NCBI GenBank assembly: GCA_964106915.2
Contig: OZ066923.1
From: Podarcis gaigeae
Lineage: Eukaryota
Reading direction: 5' to 3' (one strand)
Length of the DNA: 64,000 nucleotides
The notes beneath the pieces are model-generated. The model saw nothing but the letters and a program-made list of their open reading frames with translations, searched no databases and was not told where the DNA came from. This document shows, piece by piece, positions 1 to 14,036 of this stretch. Both the position numbers and the translations under genes were made by a program. Each line of letters opens with the position of its first letter. Positions within the stretch are counted from its first letter, which is position 1.

Positions 1-826
1 GACTTTTTGAGCTCCTTTTATGACAACATATCTGTATCTTTAAATCAAAGTTATATTTTATCCTTCCTTGTTCCTTTCTAAACCTTCAACAATGCTGCAC
101 AGTAGTAATATTGTATAGATTTTTCCTAAAGGCTCTTCAAGCTCTTTAAATCACTACTTTAGTCAAGAACACTTCATATGTGCATCTATTAAAATCCAGC
201 ATTATTTTTTTTAAGAAAAGGAAATGTGATAGGTGGGGAAGCTTTTAAAGCAACATGCAGTGCGTTTATAAGGTATAGAATTAGGCATTGGTAGAGCCTA
301 CACAAAAGGAGCTGTGACAAAGACACTAGAGTCTCCAAAGGCCCAGGGCATGCATGGGGAAGGATTCCTTTTGTCTATTAAACTGAGCATGTATTGTAGC
401 AAGTTTATAATAACTTTATGAGAGTGGGTGCAACCTGTTGAAATCCCCAAGAGGAAATACAGGCAATTTATATAGCTTTGATTGCCCAATCGCGAACTGG
501 ATGACACGTGGATAAGCCAGGGGAAATAAAACAAAAGGTGTGACATGCTTGGTACATGGCACAGTGATTGGCTTTGCAAAGGACTTAGCAGGCAAACATG
601 CATTCTTGTTCCATAAGTGAAGTTTTGTACCTCTAAATGCTTCAGTAAGGTTTAAGCAAGAATACAGAACAGGCTCTGGTTTGTTTTTAATAAAGGTTGT
701 AGCTGCTAAAGATCCATCTTTGTTGTTTTTCTAACCCTAATCATTCTTTTAGAGCCTTGACAGAGATCGGTGTAGGGAGGTGGAAATAGGAAGGCTGGAA
801 CTGGGCTGTAAATGTAGGTTTAGGTA

Positions 827-1160
827 AAGGTAAAGGGACCCCTGACCATTAGGTCTAGTCGTGACCGACTCTGGGGTTGCTGTGCTCATCTCGCTTCATT
901 GGCCGAGGGAGCCGGCGTACAGCTTCCGGGTCATGTGGCCAGCATGACCAAGCCGCTTCTGGCGAACCAGAGCAGCACAAGGAAATGCCATTTACCTTCC
1001 CGCTGGAGCGGTACCTATTTATCTACTTGCATTTTGACATGCTTTCGATCTGCTAGGTTGGCAGGGACCGAGCAACGGGAGCTCCCCCCGTTGCGGGGAT
1101 TCGAATCGCCAACCTTCTGATCGGCATGTCCTAGGCTCTGTGGTTGAACCCACAGCGCCA
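827..1160 (-). mobile_element. Sauria SINE (Squam1), slightly 5'-truncated
   Basis: (AAAGGT)n tail on +; tRNA-like head with B-box GGTTGGCGATTCGAATCC on -; TSD gtttaggta at 818-826 and 1161-1169. Confidence 0.92.
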
Positions 1161-1189
1161 GTTTAGGTAGTGCCTATTGGGACTGGTAG

Positions 1190-1552
1190 GGGACGCAGGT
1201 GGCGCTGTGGGTTAAAGCCTCAGTGCCTAGGACTTGCAGATCGAAAGGTCGGCGGTTCGAATCCCTGCGGCGGGGTGCGCTCCCGCTGCTCGGTCCCAGC
1301 GCCTGCCAACCTAGCAGTTCGAAAGCACCTCCGGGTGCAAGTAGATAAATAGGGACCGCTTACCAGCGGGAAGGTAAACGGCGTTTCCGTGTGCGGCTCT
1401 GGCTCGCCAGAGCAGCGATGTCACGCTGGCCACGTGACCCGGAAGTGTCTCCGGACAGCGCTGGCCCCTGGCCTCTTGAGTGAGATGGGCGCACAACCCC
1501 AGAGTCTGTCAAGACTGGCCCGTACGGGCAGGGGTACCTTTACCTTTACCTT
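1190..1552 (+). mobile_element. Sauria SINE (Squam1), full length, young
   Basis: GGGACGCAGGTGGCGCTGTGG head, GGTTCGAATCC B-box, (ACCTTT)n tail; 15-bp TSD tattgggactggtag at 1175-1189 and 1553-1567. Confidence 0.95.
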
Positions 1553-4500
1553 TATTGGGACTGGTAGAGCAGAAGACAGAGAGGTCAACAACTGGTGGAG
1601 TCAGAGCCAATGATTGTCAGACCTAACTAATGCTCCTCCCAGCTAAGTTCCACAAGAGTGACTCTGAGATGAAGAAAGAGGAAGCACACAGCTAGTGCCA
1701 CCCCTGGAGTGAAAGTAAGCAGGCAGGTGGGGGCTGACTGAAGGCAGACTGAGGACCATGGACAGTTCCCCGTTTGCCCTAACAGACAGCCTCCCCTGGG
1801 TTTAGGTAAAAGGCAAACAGGCCCAAATCACAAAGCTGTGACTGAGCTTGCAGGCTTCCCAGGCCCGTTTGGGGTGTGGGGATCTAGGTACACTTTTCCC
1901 AGGCCTCAGAGGGCTAAGCAAGGATCAGCTGCTTTTATTTTTAAGTTGATTACTTTACTCTAACGAGACTCCTGCCCCAGGATTCAGACATGCTTTGCAC
2001 AGGCCTGAGATGTTCCCATGGACATCTGGTTGGCCACCATGAGAACAGGATTCTGGATTAGATTGGCCAACAAGGCTCTTCTTACATTCTTATGATACAG
2101 TTTGTCCATCCCTTGACATCTGCTTATTTCTTATGTAGGCTGATATAAAATAATTAAGTAAGTAATATCCAAAGTTTACTATAGGATGCATATCAGAGAA
2201 AGGAATGAATGGTATTTCTTACTTAATGACTGGACCCTTGTGTCTCTTAGCAGAATAAAAATAAAACCAAGTGTGCATGATTAAATAATTGTAATGCTTT
2301 GTGGATCCAGTAGTTTGGGACTAAGCAGTTTCATACATTCACATATACTCAAATGCATACATAAAAGACATCCAAACTCAAACATTTGTCTTATTGATGA
2401 CAATGGAGAAGAGCTGAGTACTTGCTTAAATCTCTCACTAAATGCTATGAGAATTAAATGCACTTTCTTTTGGTTGGAGAGTGCCCCAAATATTTTACTC
2501 CTGAGCAGAGAACTTCCAGATGTACAAACAAGTTGCGTTTCAGTAATTAATTAGTTCTGCTCTTTGGCTTCCCTTGCATATTAGTAACATTTTAGCAAAA
2601 CTGACAAAGGACAGACGGAACATTTGCCTTTGCATTACCTTTGTAGAGGTTATGAACACTTAGGTCATCATATCTGATTTTTAATGCAAACCTTGGGGAA
2701 CTTATCTTCCCAGCAGCACATGGTTCCTCATAGCCTGGGAGAAAATTCTGCTTGGCTGTATCTATAGCTTACACAAGACTCTGTGTATTTTATATATCTG
2801 CAAACTGATGTAGCTTGTTGGGCTGAAAAATACTAATAATGATGAACGGTTAAGTGAAAAGAAAAATCTATGACTAAACAGAGTTGACCTTCAAAGTGTT
2901 TGACTTCTGTAAATCTATAACTGGTGTCTTCACTCAGTATGAGTCTTTTTCTGGCATATTTGTATATATGCATAGATTTGGGAAAAAAAATTTATATGTT
3001 GACATTTACCTGTAAAAAAGGCTTGTGTCTTTTTTGCCCCTTAGCAAGATGCTGCCCTGCAATCCACACCCCCCCCCGCCCGCTGCCAACAAAACTCTGA
3101 CCTCTTTTGCTTCCTCTTGTTTTGCTCCCAAGATTAGTCCCCACAGGCCACCCCTGAAGAAACTGTTCTCAGTGCATTGACTATGTAAGGGTCTTCTGCT
3201 GGAATAGTCTGCACTAAAGAAGAAAGTTTCTGCTCCCAGGGAACAATATGTGATGGGGATAAAAAGGGGGGAAAGATCATTTCTATCAGCAGGATTTTGA
3301 ATTTTTTGTGGAACTTGATGTTTCCATAACAACCTCTTGGAGTTTCAAATGTTTAGGTAGGCAACTCTTTACAACAGCTATTGAATTGTTATCCTCCTAT
3401 ACAGTCTTTATCTGTGGCATCCATTCATTCTCATCCATCACTTGCTGTCTCTCTGACATTAGCAATTAAACTCAGCATATAAACTATTTATTCTCTTCTG
3501 GGGTTTTTTTAAATGCTGCAAGATTTTTTTAAATGTATCTGAGCTGTTTTTTCTTTAAATGTAGATTTGCAAAATCTGTTAATTTCAAATTTATGAATTT
3601 GGATTTAAATTCTTAAATTTGGACTCAAAATTCAAAAAGTAATTTAGACTTGGACAGGGTCTTTTAGATAGTTGCTGGTTAGCATTTAAGGGAATGCTTT
3701 TTGACTGTTTAAGACATCATTCAGTAATTTGTCAGAACCTATCTGCATTCTATCTGTATCCACGTCGGTAAAGTCCTGGGTAGCATTCCCTTCCAGCCAA
3801 ATCCCAGTTTCATGTCTAAGGCTGCATACTTACTTGGGACTTACTTCTGACTAAATGTGAAGAGGATCACACCATGTGAGATGCCATGTTCTGAGGAGGG
3901 ACTTGTAATCTGTTGTACATTGCTGTTAGTTCTGAACAGGGTAGAGAGAGCCATATAGCATGATGCCAGCCAGCTTTCTTTTGCTCTTCGTGATCTTCTT
4001 TTTATGGGGAAATATATATAGTCCTCTGCAATTTAAGAGGTAACTTTCACAGATAACTTCTCCATGTTTGGCACATTCAGTTCCATGTCACATAGACTTA
4101 ACATTTGTTCCACTTAGTTTCTGGAGTGAGATTTGTGCCTTCCAGCTTCAGTCTTCCAGTTTGTTGTTGTATGCCAAACTCTAAATACCGTAAGATATCA
4201 GACACGTTGAAAACTGGATATCAAACAATCTGAGGTGAAACCAGAGCATATCAAACACTTGGCAGGTATTCGTTATCGAAATAAGCAAAGAGAACTTTAA
4301 AGATATTTATAAATGCAAATATATTTGAACTCCAGAATGTACATACTTATCTGTAGGCAAGATATGTATCAAGCCACATATGCTGACTACATCTCCCCAA
4401 AATGGATGTGCTCTGCATAGATGGATAAGGCCACAGACGGTAGACATATTGCGCTTTTGGATAACACCATGCAAGAAATTTCAAGAAATGGCAGTTCCTA

Positions 4501-5814
4501 GAATATTCAGGAGATGATCAGTTTACTGATTCTTCCACAGACATGTTGGATGTCCTTGAGCCAACACTCCTCTGTAGCCTTTTCTTTTGCCTTTGTGCCT
4601 TGTTGTCCTCATACAGTACTTTGCATGCTATCTGCACACATTCTCTTCTCTCATGTTTGTTGTGTATTACTTAAAAACATTTGGGAGAGTTTTTTATTTT
4701 GAGTAATAACAAATGTTTATATAGATTGTTGAGTGCCCGATACAAAGTCAATGGGCTGTGCAGATTATTTATTGTAGCATATGGATGTGAAAGAGGAGGG
4801 ACTGGGGGGAAACTGTTTGCCTTATTTGTGGGAAGTGTACATGGTAGGATTTGCGGATGGTGACAAAGGTGGTCATTATAGATTGGTGAAAAGGTAGATG
4901 TGCTGTCAGATTTAAAATGTTAAAAGAAAAGGGGGAAAAGCACACTCCAAAATGAATAGAATATTAGAGGCGAGAAAATGAGACTGGATAAAGAGCACTT
5001 CAAAATTGGACTAGTCAGAACATGGAGAGATTTTGTGCTTTGATTCCATATCCTGTAAAATAGCTACTATCACTAAAATCAGCAACCAAGAAATGGACGT
5101 GTGATTAGGATGGACTATAACAAGTGATGTGTAAGATTTGCAAATGTGGTCATGAATGTTGGATATTATTTTGAGACACTGATCATCTGCCAGGTTGGCA
5201 CATTATAAAACATCTGTCTTCCATGATTTGATCATAGATGAGGTGCTATACATGGTATGTATTACTGAGATCTGGGTGAAGGACAAGTCCTGGCTCCCCT
5301 CCTGAACACAGTACTCACACTCTCTGCTTGAGGAAATCTGAAAGCAGGGGTGGCATGTTCCATTTAGCCACTTGAGGCAAAACAAGAAGTGCTGCCCTGC
5401 AGCCGCCGCCGCCACCACCATACCATAATTGTTGTTTATCAGACAAGGAAATGGGGGGCGGGGCGGGGCGGGGCGGGGAAGAATCAAAAGTGTTTGGGAT
5501 GTCCATGCTACGATTGAAGTTGGGAGGAGGTAAATGGATGGGGGATGGGGGTGGTGGAGGAATTGTTTGTTCATGTATACAGTCAGAAACTTTTCAATAA
5601 AATGTTAGCCATGACAGCAACAGCAGCAGCAACAACAACAGGAACACTTCTGCACATGCCACAGTGGTTAGAAAGATTCCATTCTGAATGTTCTTAAAAC
5701 TGTCATCTTGGTCCACGGTGTTCTTTTGAAATCCCAACTGTGTTACAGAGGCAGGCAGATGGCAAACCTCTTTAAACAGTTTTAGATAAAGCTATTTCAC
5801 ACCCAAACACACAC

Positions 5815-5849
<35 letters not shown>

Positions 5850-5851
5850 AT
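5815..5851 (+). repeat. (TAAA)n microsatellite
   Basis: Direct reading. Confidence 0.9.
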
Positions 5852-6709
5852 GCGTGCGTGATCTAGACTGGTGTGCTGCTGGAAGCTCACTCTTGCCCTG
5901 CCCCTATGTCTAAACATCATGTTCAATCCTGATTTAAGAGGAGCGGGATAGAGAGAGGTGGAAAAGACTCAGTGCCCAGAGAGACTAGAGGTCTTAGGTC
6001 TGCCTTGAAGTGTAGCCTTTCCCAGGTGCTTCTTACCAGGGTGAAGTGAGTAGCAGCTATTTATCTTTGAGGCAGACCCAGAGGAATGATTTAAGTCAAG
6101 CCTCTAAGAAAATGTATGAGAGGGAGCAGTTCTGTGACACAGGCATACACTTAACTGCAACTGTAAAAAGCTTGCTCACTCAGGCACGTAGTGCCAAACA
6201 AAGAAGTCGGCTTTGTGAAATGATTCCCGAGTTTTCCTCTTCCCTCGAGTGAGCATGAGACCCAGAACTCTTCTGGTAGAAAATGCTTAAAGCATGTGCT
6301 AAGTCTCTCAAAACCATGAAATAGGTTTAGATGATGTGAGATCTGAAATCAAAGAAAATATACTTCCAATGCATACTAGTTGCCTTCCTGATTTTGATCG
6401 ATTAAGACACACTGCCACCACTGTTTCAATATATTATCTGAAAAAAGCAAGAAGCTAGAAATGTATTTTTAAAAATTAATGCTGAGAACTTCTTGCCACT
6501 AATAGGAATCTACAGATTTACACAAAGTTACTTGGGAAGGGTGCCCATTTACAGGATTAACGCTGCTTTCTTTTTCTTTTTGGTAATTTTGCTTTAAATG
6601 CACAGCGCTACCTTCTTAAGTCAAGGAATCTGTTAATTAGGATATTGTCACCCGAGACATCTGTTTTGATGCATTTGCATTGATTAGATTATCTTTGATG
6701 CACTGAGAA

Positions 6710-6790
6710 TTGCTATTCCCAATTTACAGATGAGGAAAATGAGTGACAGAGAGGTTAAACAGCTTATCCAAGGTCACAGAAATAGTAGGC
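6710..6790 (-). mobile_element. Ancient MIR/CORE-SINE core fragment
   Basis: cccaatttacagatgaggaaaatgag..agagaggttaa..ccaaggtcaca matches the CORE domain motif. Confidence 0.75.
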
Positions 6791-9700
6791 ACAATCCAGC
6801 TGCATGTTCTTTTCATATATAAATATATAAATAAGTGAGCCTTTAAAAATGCTGCTTCTTTTTTTTACTGGATTTTGAGCAGTCTGTTGCAGAACTCTGA
6901 AAAAAACGGTCAGGTGCCCAGGCCGTCTGTGCAGTGCTTTTGGAACAAGTCTGTGTTTTCTGTCTGAAAACTTGACAGAAGCAAGAATGCACTCCCTAAA
7001 CGTGGCACTGTAGCAAGTAATTTTTTGGGGGAGGGGAGATATTCCTTATTCCCACAGGACCTCCCCCCCCCCCACAGTGGATCTCTCTACTGGCCTTGCT
7101 CTATTCAGAAAAAAACAACTTTGAAAAAGACAATCTGCTTTCTTTTGTAACCCTGTATGCTTCTTTCTTCCTTGCCCACAGTCTGCCTTCAACATCCATT
7201 CTCTTTGGTCTGCAGTTTTAAGGCAGTGACTGATCCCAGAACTGCCCAGGTTGCTTGTTAGTTAAATAACCTGTGCCTTTGCCTTACAGAGTGGTCAGTG
7301 GATCTTAGATAGTTCTCCTGTATAGCAAGCAAATTCATTACTTTTCTAATCAGTAATAGCGCTAAACTGTCTCTCAGGCCATGATGTAGATTGGCAAGAT
7401 CCTCTCCTGCTGAAAACATGCTTGAAAAAACTTGAGTGAAAGGAAAGAAAGCTCAGCAAAAAATATTGCTCAAGAAGAAAATCCAAGGGGAAAAAAATCG
7501 TTAGGAAAGGAATTACATGCCTGGACACGTACTATGTGCAGAGACAAACCTGTATAATGCAGATTTTTGTGCTTTTGGAGATTGGATAGTTTCATACGGC
7601 AGTAGAAACTCTCTGCTGTTGTAAAACATGAACCCCAGACTTTCTGGCATGCTTTGCATAGCCAAGATATAGTATAAATATCACTGATAGGAATCGACAA
7701 AGTTGTGAATTTCGTTTTCTCTTGGTTCATCATTTCCCCTCATTTCTTATATTCAGTTCTCTGCATTTCTACAGCAATATGCAAATTTTAAAATAAAATT
7801 TATTCATGAAAATCCAGCAGCATTTTTGTGCAGATTTTTCAAATGCGCTCATTTTTGTTTGCACTTTTGACTAATCTACTGTACACATTTTTGTGGGCAA
7901 TTTCCACTAATACAATGCATTTTTTGTTTGTTTTTTCACTGATACATGCATTTTTAGAAACACTTCCCCTAATATATGTACTTTGAGGTTTGGGCTGAAT
8001 TATTTAATGCTGCAGGATAGGGAGAGCTATTGAGATGGCCTGCACTTATGAAATATGAGGGATTCCTGAATGTTGTGTGTTTGTGTGTGTGTGTGTGGGG
8101 GGGTGAATTCTCAGCTGGCAAGGCTGCAACTCCTGCCAAGTCTCTTGTGACATTGTGGGATGGTGAGATTCATAGAATTGTAGAGTTGGAAGGGACCAAA
8201 CTGCAGGAAAGCATCAGGTCAATCAGAAGTGTGGCTGAGCCCTGAGCCTCGTCTAAAGGAATCAGAAGTTAGGGGACACTATTTCATCTTGTAGCAGTGA
8301 ATTCCATACAATGATTCTATGTGGTACGAAGAAGCCTTTGCTTCTGCCTGTCCCAAATCTATTTAAGTATATAAGAAATGCTCTGCTGGAATCATTCAAA
8401 GTGTCCTTCTAGTCCAGCACCCTTTACTCATGGTAGCCAATGAGAAGTTCATAAGGAGCCTTCAAGCAGGACTCCAAGTGCAATGGCACTATTGCAATAA
8501 ATTTCATTGTATGATGCCAAATTCTAGAATTATGAGAGGAGGAGAAAACTCCACATAAAGGCCTTCAGCTTGTAGATCGAAGACCAACCCTTGCTTAAGC
8601 ATACCACATGAAATCTACTTTTTAAATTACTTACTATGTATGTATATGTTAGTAGGGCTACTACTAATGCAGCCCAGTTGTGAGTTCCAATATATCACCA
8701 GAAGACCCCCATTTTACACAGGGCGAAGCAGTAATGATAGCATTAATTCTCTTTGAACATCTACATGAGGGCATATAGCACAGTATAAGAATGCTGTCAA
8801 CAAAGCCTTTATTATAGATTAAACTCTATTAGTTTTCAGTACTTGTAAGGATTCTACCATCCTGAACAGGAAACCACATGGCCTGTCTTCAGGAATATTT
8901 GTGAGCTTGCTTGCCATAAGGTACCAAAAGACATCAAGAATTATTTAAGGGTGCACCACATATGACTCTTGTAGTCCTTATCACTTTTGTGCGACTATAT
9001 TTGATCCATTGTGCTAAACATAGAAGCTTTTAAAGTTTACCTTGTTAAACCCCTCAGCTAATTAGGTCAGAGGGCATGATTTCAGCAGCTGCAGAAAGCA
9101 TGCAAATGGAGCAATGAATAAGGAAACCCATAATTAATGTCTTTTAAACAAATTGGCAAGAGTTGCATAAATGTCAATCGGGGGTAGTATGGAGAATGCA
9201 TTTCTGGGAAGTGATTATTTTATTGAAAGAAGTGAGAGATGAGAACTAAATAATGACATTTCCTCTTAAGGACATTTATTTCCTGCACATCCACTTTGTT
9301 AGGTGCTATATGAATGTGAAGAAGCAGCGATCTCTTTAGCTCTGTAGCTGTCCTGTTCTGCAAAATTTAAAGCCCATTAATAACCATCACCTGTTTTGCA
9401 GGTGTAGTGAAAAAGAGAGATTTTGCCAGGTGCTGCTGAAAGGTGAACTTGAAGCTTGTGAAGGAGCACTTTTCATTTTAATTAATTCTGCATGCGAAGC
9501 TTCCACCAATATTAATCTCCTTTGACCAACATGGTTAATTAATTACCCTAAGTGTTTGTAAACAGATTTTCTACATACTCCTTCTCCAACTGTTGCATGC
9601 TGACCTCTTTGATGATGTGTGGCTCTAATAGTGGAGACATAAAGAATAGCAGAGATGCTGCCAACAGGGGCTTCCAACTAAAAGCAGAGCATCCGCAGGG

Positions 9701-9904
9701 TTGCATAAAACATAGCTTGACTGACTGAACAGGGTACTCAGGATGAGTCAGGCAATGAATAAAGTTACTTGGGGGTGCTTCTCGCTATTCCTTTTGCACA
9801 TATTAAGATCAACACAAATGGATTTTTGCAAACTGAACCAGTCTGGTGAGTGATTTAGCACATGCCCAGTTGTCGTTCGTTCCAGTTCAGTCAGCTCATC
9901 TAGA

Positions 9905-10157
9905 GAAGAAGAAGAAGAAGAGTTTGGATTTGATATCCCGCCTTTCACTCCCCTTCAGGAGTCTCAAAGCGGCTAACATTCTCCTTTCCCTTCCTCCCCC
10001 ACAACAAACACTCTGTGAGGTAAGTGGGGCTGAGAGACTTCAAAGAAGTGTGACTAGCCCAAGGTCACCCAGCAGCTGCATGTGGAGGAGTGGAGACTCG
10101 AACCCGGTTTCCCAGATTACAAGACTACCACTCTTAACCACTACACCACACTGGCTC
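9905..10157 (-). mobile_element. tRNA/CORE SINE (Squam3-like) with (TTC)n tail
   Basis: (GAA)n on +, CORE segment gcccaaggtcacccagc, tRNA head on - (AGCCAGTGTGGTGTAGTGGTTAAGAG..GGTTCGAGTC); TSD tctagaga. Confidence 0.85.
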
Positions 10158-10309
10158 TAGAGATTTCCAGTTGGTGACAACAATTGGATAAGGCAGACTG
10201 AACAATTAGAAGACCAGTTCAATGTGTGCAAGTGCATGAAATGAGTCACGCATATATAAAAATGTTGTGGGAACCTGCTTTCTTTGCGAAGGCCCTAAAG
10301 TTCCAGGTC

Positions 10310-10425
10310 CATAGGAATCTTATGCTGTATTATGCCAAGTCAGAACGTTGGTCCATGTAGCTCATTATTGTCTGTACACTGAAATGCTCTCAAGGGTTTC
10401 AGACAGGGGACATTCCCAGCTGTAC
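10310..10425 (-). mobile_element. Old tRNA-SINE 3' fragment with CR1-like tail (same family as 33553)
   Basis: Reverse complement of ..gagctagatggacc..tctgact..cctatg. Confidence 0.55.
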
Positions 10426-12159
10426 TTCCCTGTACTAAACAGGAGGTTTACAGGTTTACAAGGGTGACTTCTATGAACTGCACAGGGAGTTACCAATTAG
10501 AAGGTAAGCTGGTGCAGTGCAAAAGCCATGGCTGTAGCAATGTACTTACTGCTAGCTCAAAATCTGCAGGGATTCCAGAATGCTTTCCTTTTGTTTGTAC
10601 AGCCTTTTAGAATTATCATTATTATTTTAATTGGAAGCCTTAGCTTTTAATTACTTTGCCTTGAAAAATGTGACTTTTAATTCTGTTAGTAATAGTGCCA
10701 TCTTTGTAACACATTGCACCCTCCAAATTGCATATATTATTAAATGATACTTTGGATATTTCCCCCATTCCACAGTGCCTCCCTCCTCAGATCTTTCCCC
10801 TGTTTTTATAAGAGTCAGTCATGCATGTTCACATCCATGCAAATGCATTATCCACCTCAAAAACGAAAGGGGATCCTCTCTTCCGATCCAGTTCTCTGAG
10901 GAAGGAATTTTTAACATGATATCTGTAGCCTACACTTAGAGACTCAAATCTGCCTGTTAGAAGTGCTAAAGTGTTATTTTAAATACAAAATGTTAGCTTG
11001 TGTCAGTGGTATTTACCTGGTCCAACACACACATACAACTTTCCCTTTCCCTCTACTTTGGACAATTGATATGAGGCTTATTGGAATGGAATGATTTTTT
11101 CATATTTCATTGCTCCTCTCATAGGCATGCAAACAGATTGTCAGGTTGTAGAATACTGTGTTTGCTGCACTCATGTCCTTGCTATGCTTTTCTCATCTAA
11201 AATGATGTGATGTCTGATATACCCTAAAAAGAAAGGAAAGGAATGTCTCTCACACCAAGATCCTCAGTAGTGAGCCCTACTCAGTTCGGAGTCACTTATT
11301 TCTAAGTAAGCATACATAGGATTGTAACCATGCAGTCAGAATCTCTTTGCCTAATAATCCTTATTTCTGGGTTCAGTTGATAGTTTGCTGTTGACAGGTG
11401 ACTGGATGTTGCCTTAATCATTTAAACTCTGAGACCTCATTAAGACACAGAAATGCTCTTTAAATGTTCACTCAGCCATCTGGAGGTACTTGCCTGATGT
11501 CTTGAAGGGATTGTAGCCACACAAAGTTCCTTGTCTGTAGTGTGTCAGCTTGCACACACTGCCATATTTGCCAAAAGCTGCTAGCACAGACTCTGACCAC
11601 CCTTTGTACTGCAGATTGGAGCATCCCCTGTCTTGTGAAGCATTTAACAGTTGCGGTTTTCCACTATCTGTTTGCTTGTCCTTGAACATATCCCATGTGG
11701 TTTTGTAGAACATCTATATGACCCACTATATGGTCAGGGCTAAGGGAGTCTTACCAGCCCCACCACCTAAAACTTGGTGCTGTTGTTGTGAAAGAGACCG
11801 ATAGGGGCTTCCTGTTGCCCCTGTGGTTAAATATTTAGATGCACCTACCACCCATGTGGGATTCTGTAATGGAGGTTTGTGCACATGGAAATCCATCAAA
11901 GTGTTTAAACTTTCCACCAGCAACTGAAGGTTTTAGCAGTGTTTTACTTAGTATCACCTCCATACATTGTGCAACACATTCTGCACTGCACACATATGCC
12001 AAGATGAGTTTCTAGGCTTCTAAACAAACCCAAAATTCATAACACTACAATGTATTTTATTGCCTACTCAGGAGAATGTCAGACCCACCTATCATAATTC
12101 TTGTAATACCTATGGATTTGACTGTTCAAGTCCTCTGTAAACCCTTTGGGATCCTGAGT

Positions 12160-12277
12160 CAGTGGCATAGCATGGAGGGTGCAGGGGGGCCGGCCGCACC
12201 GGGCGCAACATCTGGGGGTTAGGGGGCGCAAATTACTTGCCTTGCCCCGGGTGCTGACAACCCACGCTACGCCACTG
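12160..12277. mobile_element. hAT-superfamily MITE (118 bp)
   Basis: TIR cagtggcatagc / gctacgccactg; perfect 8-bp TSD tcctgagt. Confidence 0.9.
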
Positions 12278-13429
12278 TCCTGAGTAAGCAGGTCACCTAT
12301 GCCTGTAAATGACTTTTATTCCTTTCTTGGAATAACTTGTTTACTAAGCCCACATTGGATTCTCTCTCTTTTTTTAAAACCTTAATTTGATAATATTTTT
12401 TTAAAAGGAGCCATAAATATTTAATGATCTGGGTGCTGTTAAATTCAGAATACCCAAAAATCCTTGATTATACTGACGTAACCTTTGACATCCAAAGAGG
12501 CTATAACAAGTGCTTTTGTCCAGTGATTCTAAAACATCAGATGCAATAGTAGAAGAGGGTGAACTGACAGGCATGAGGAACTAAAGCCCACAAAGCAGGT
12601 AAAGAGTGAGCAACCAAAGTTCACTTTAGTCTTCCACCCACACTGCTCCCCTATTCACCTTGCCTTGACCAAAACCCAGTGGGTGGAGGTTGAGGGAGCC
12701 ACAGCCACAAAATATAGGGGAGTTTGTTCAGCCTGTGCCCTCTTGTCTCATATCTGCTAACCAAGGCAGTAATTAGTGTCAATGGTGATGGAAATAATGG
12801 GCACAAAGGCAGGACTTTTCATGTCTGAAAGCATCATTGATAGGTATTCTGGACTTTCTGTGGGGAATATTGCACCTCAAGGAGCATTAGTCCTAAAAAT
12901 GTCAACTTGTGAATGGATCAGAACCAATTTCGAAGAATTTTTTTTTCTATATCTTGTACTCAATGTAGAAAACACAGTACAGTAATGTCAAGTTCCCAGG
13001 AACTTACTTTGGGTATTAATGGAAGATGAAGGTTCATAATGTCATACATAGTAGCATAAAACTAAGCTTATTTAAGCTTCCTTGTCATGTGTTGCAGAAA
13101 ACTGAGCAATATATTATTTTTTCTTTTCTTTTTTTACATTTTTGTAGCAAAATCTTAAATGGGTGTTTATTAAAGGTATAATAGGTATAATAATAATAAT
13201 TCAGCCAGGGAACATGGAAAACCTTTATCTTTGCAATGTGGTGTTAGCTGAGGTAACATCCCATTCAAGTACTTCACAAAGAAGCACGGGTTACATTCCT
13301 CTTAAAGTCAGCATTCAGCTTTGCTCTTGGATGTCCAGGGAACAGTGCCATCATGACCAGGAATCTTCTTAAAAACTTCAAGCTAATCTGCAGCTGTTCC
13401 CTTTTCTGGAGAAACTGGGCATGGCCATT

Positions 13430-13800
13430 TATCCATGTGCCCTAGTTGCTCCCAGGTTAGATTATTGTAATGTACACTACCTTTGAAGATGGTTGAGAAA
13501 GCAGCTTCCAGAGTTCTAAACGGAGTTTGCAAGTTAGATCCTATTATTCTGATGTTCCACTGGTTACCAGTTTGTTTCTAAATTCAAGGTGCTGACTTTG
13601 ACGTTTCAGGCCCTGAATGATCTAAGACCAGGGAATCTCAATAATCACCTACTCCCATATGAACCTGATCAAAGCACTGAGATCTACTTCTGAGCCCTGT
13701 TCCAAGCCTTCTTGTTGTTGGACTTGGGCATAAGAGACAGAGCTATTTTTGTGTGACACCTTCCTGAGGGTTGTGCATGTGTGTTTGGCCCCATCGCTGC
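13430..13800 (+). mobile_element. Degraded L2-clade LINE 3' fragment
   Basis: Remnant motifs RLDYCN (aggttagattattgtaat), HWLPV (cactggttaccagtt), FKVL (ttcaaggtgctg), similar to the intact copy at 28865-29509. Confidence 0.7.
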
Positions 13801-14036
13801 TTGTCTTTTGGGAAACAGCTGAGGCTTTTTGTTTCTGTGGGTTTTAATGGGATGCTGTTGCTGCTTCATTAAGACTGGCTTCATTTTTGGATCAGGGATT
13901 CGTGAGTAGTTTTAAAATTAATTAATCCAGACCTTCAGTTTTCATGTATTTCTACAAAGTTCAGTTGACCATGTGGACTGTAATTTGGGGGTGATAGCTT
14001 TAGCAATGATCTCTTTCTGTTTTTCCATTGCTTCAG

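Noticed and set aside
899-1613. Several 60-74-aa ORFs repeated almost identically at 34929-35405 and 17185-17634
   Set aside because: They are translations of Sauria SINE copies, not duplicated genes.
5454-5478. (GGGGC)n G-quadruplex / Sp1-like tract
   Set aside because: Short simple repeat deep in an intron with no CpG island or other promoter evidence.
1-14036. Upstream GRIN2B exon (RYLINVT..KERKWER equivalent)
   Set aside because: Not found by eye; it presumably lies 5' of the window, so this stretch is treated as intron.
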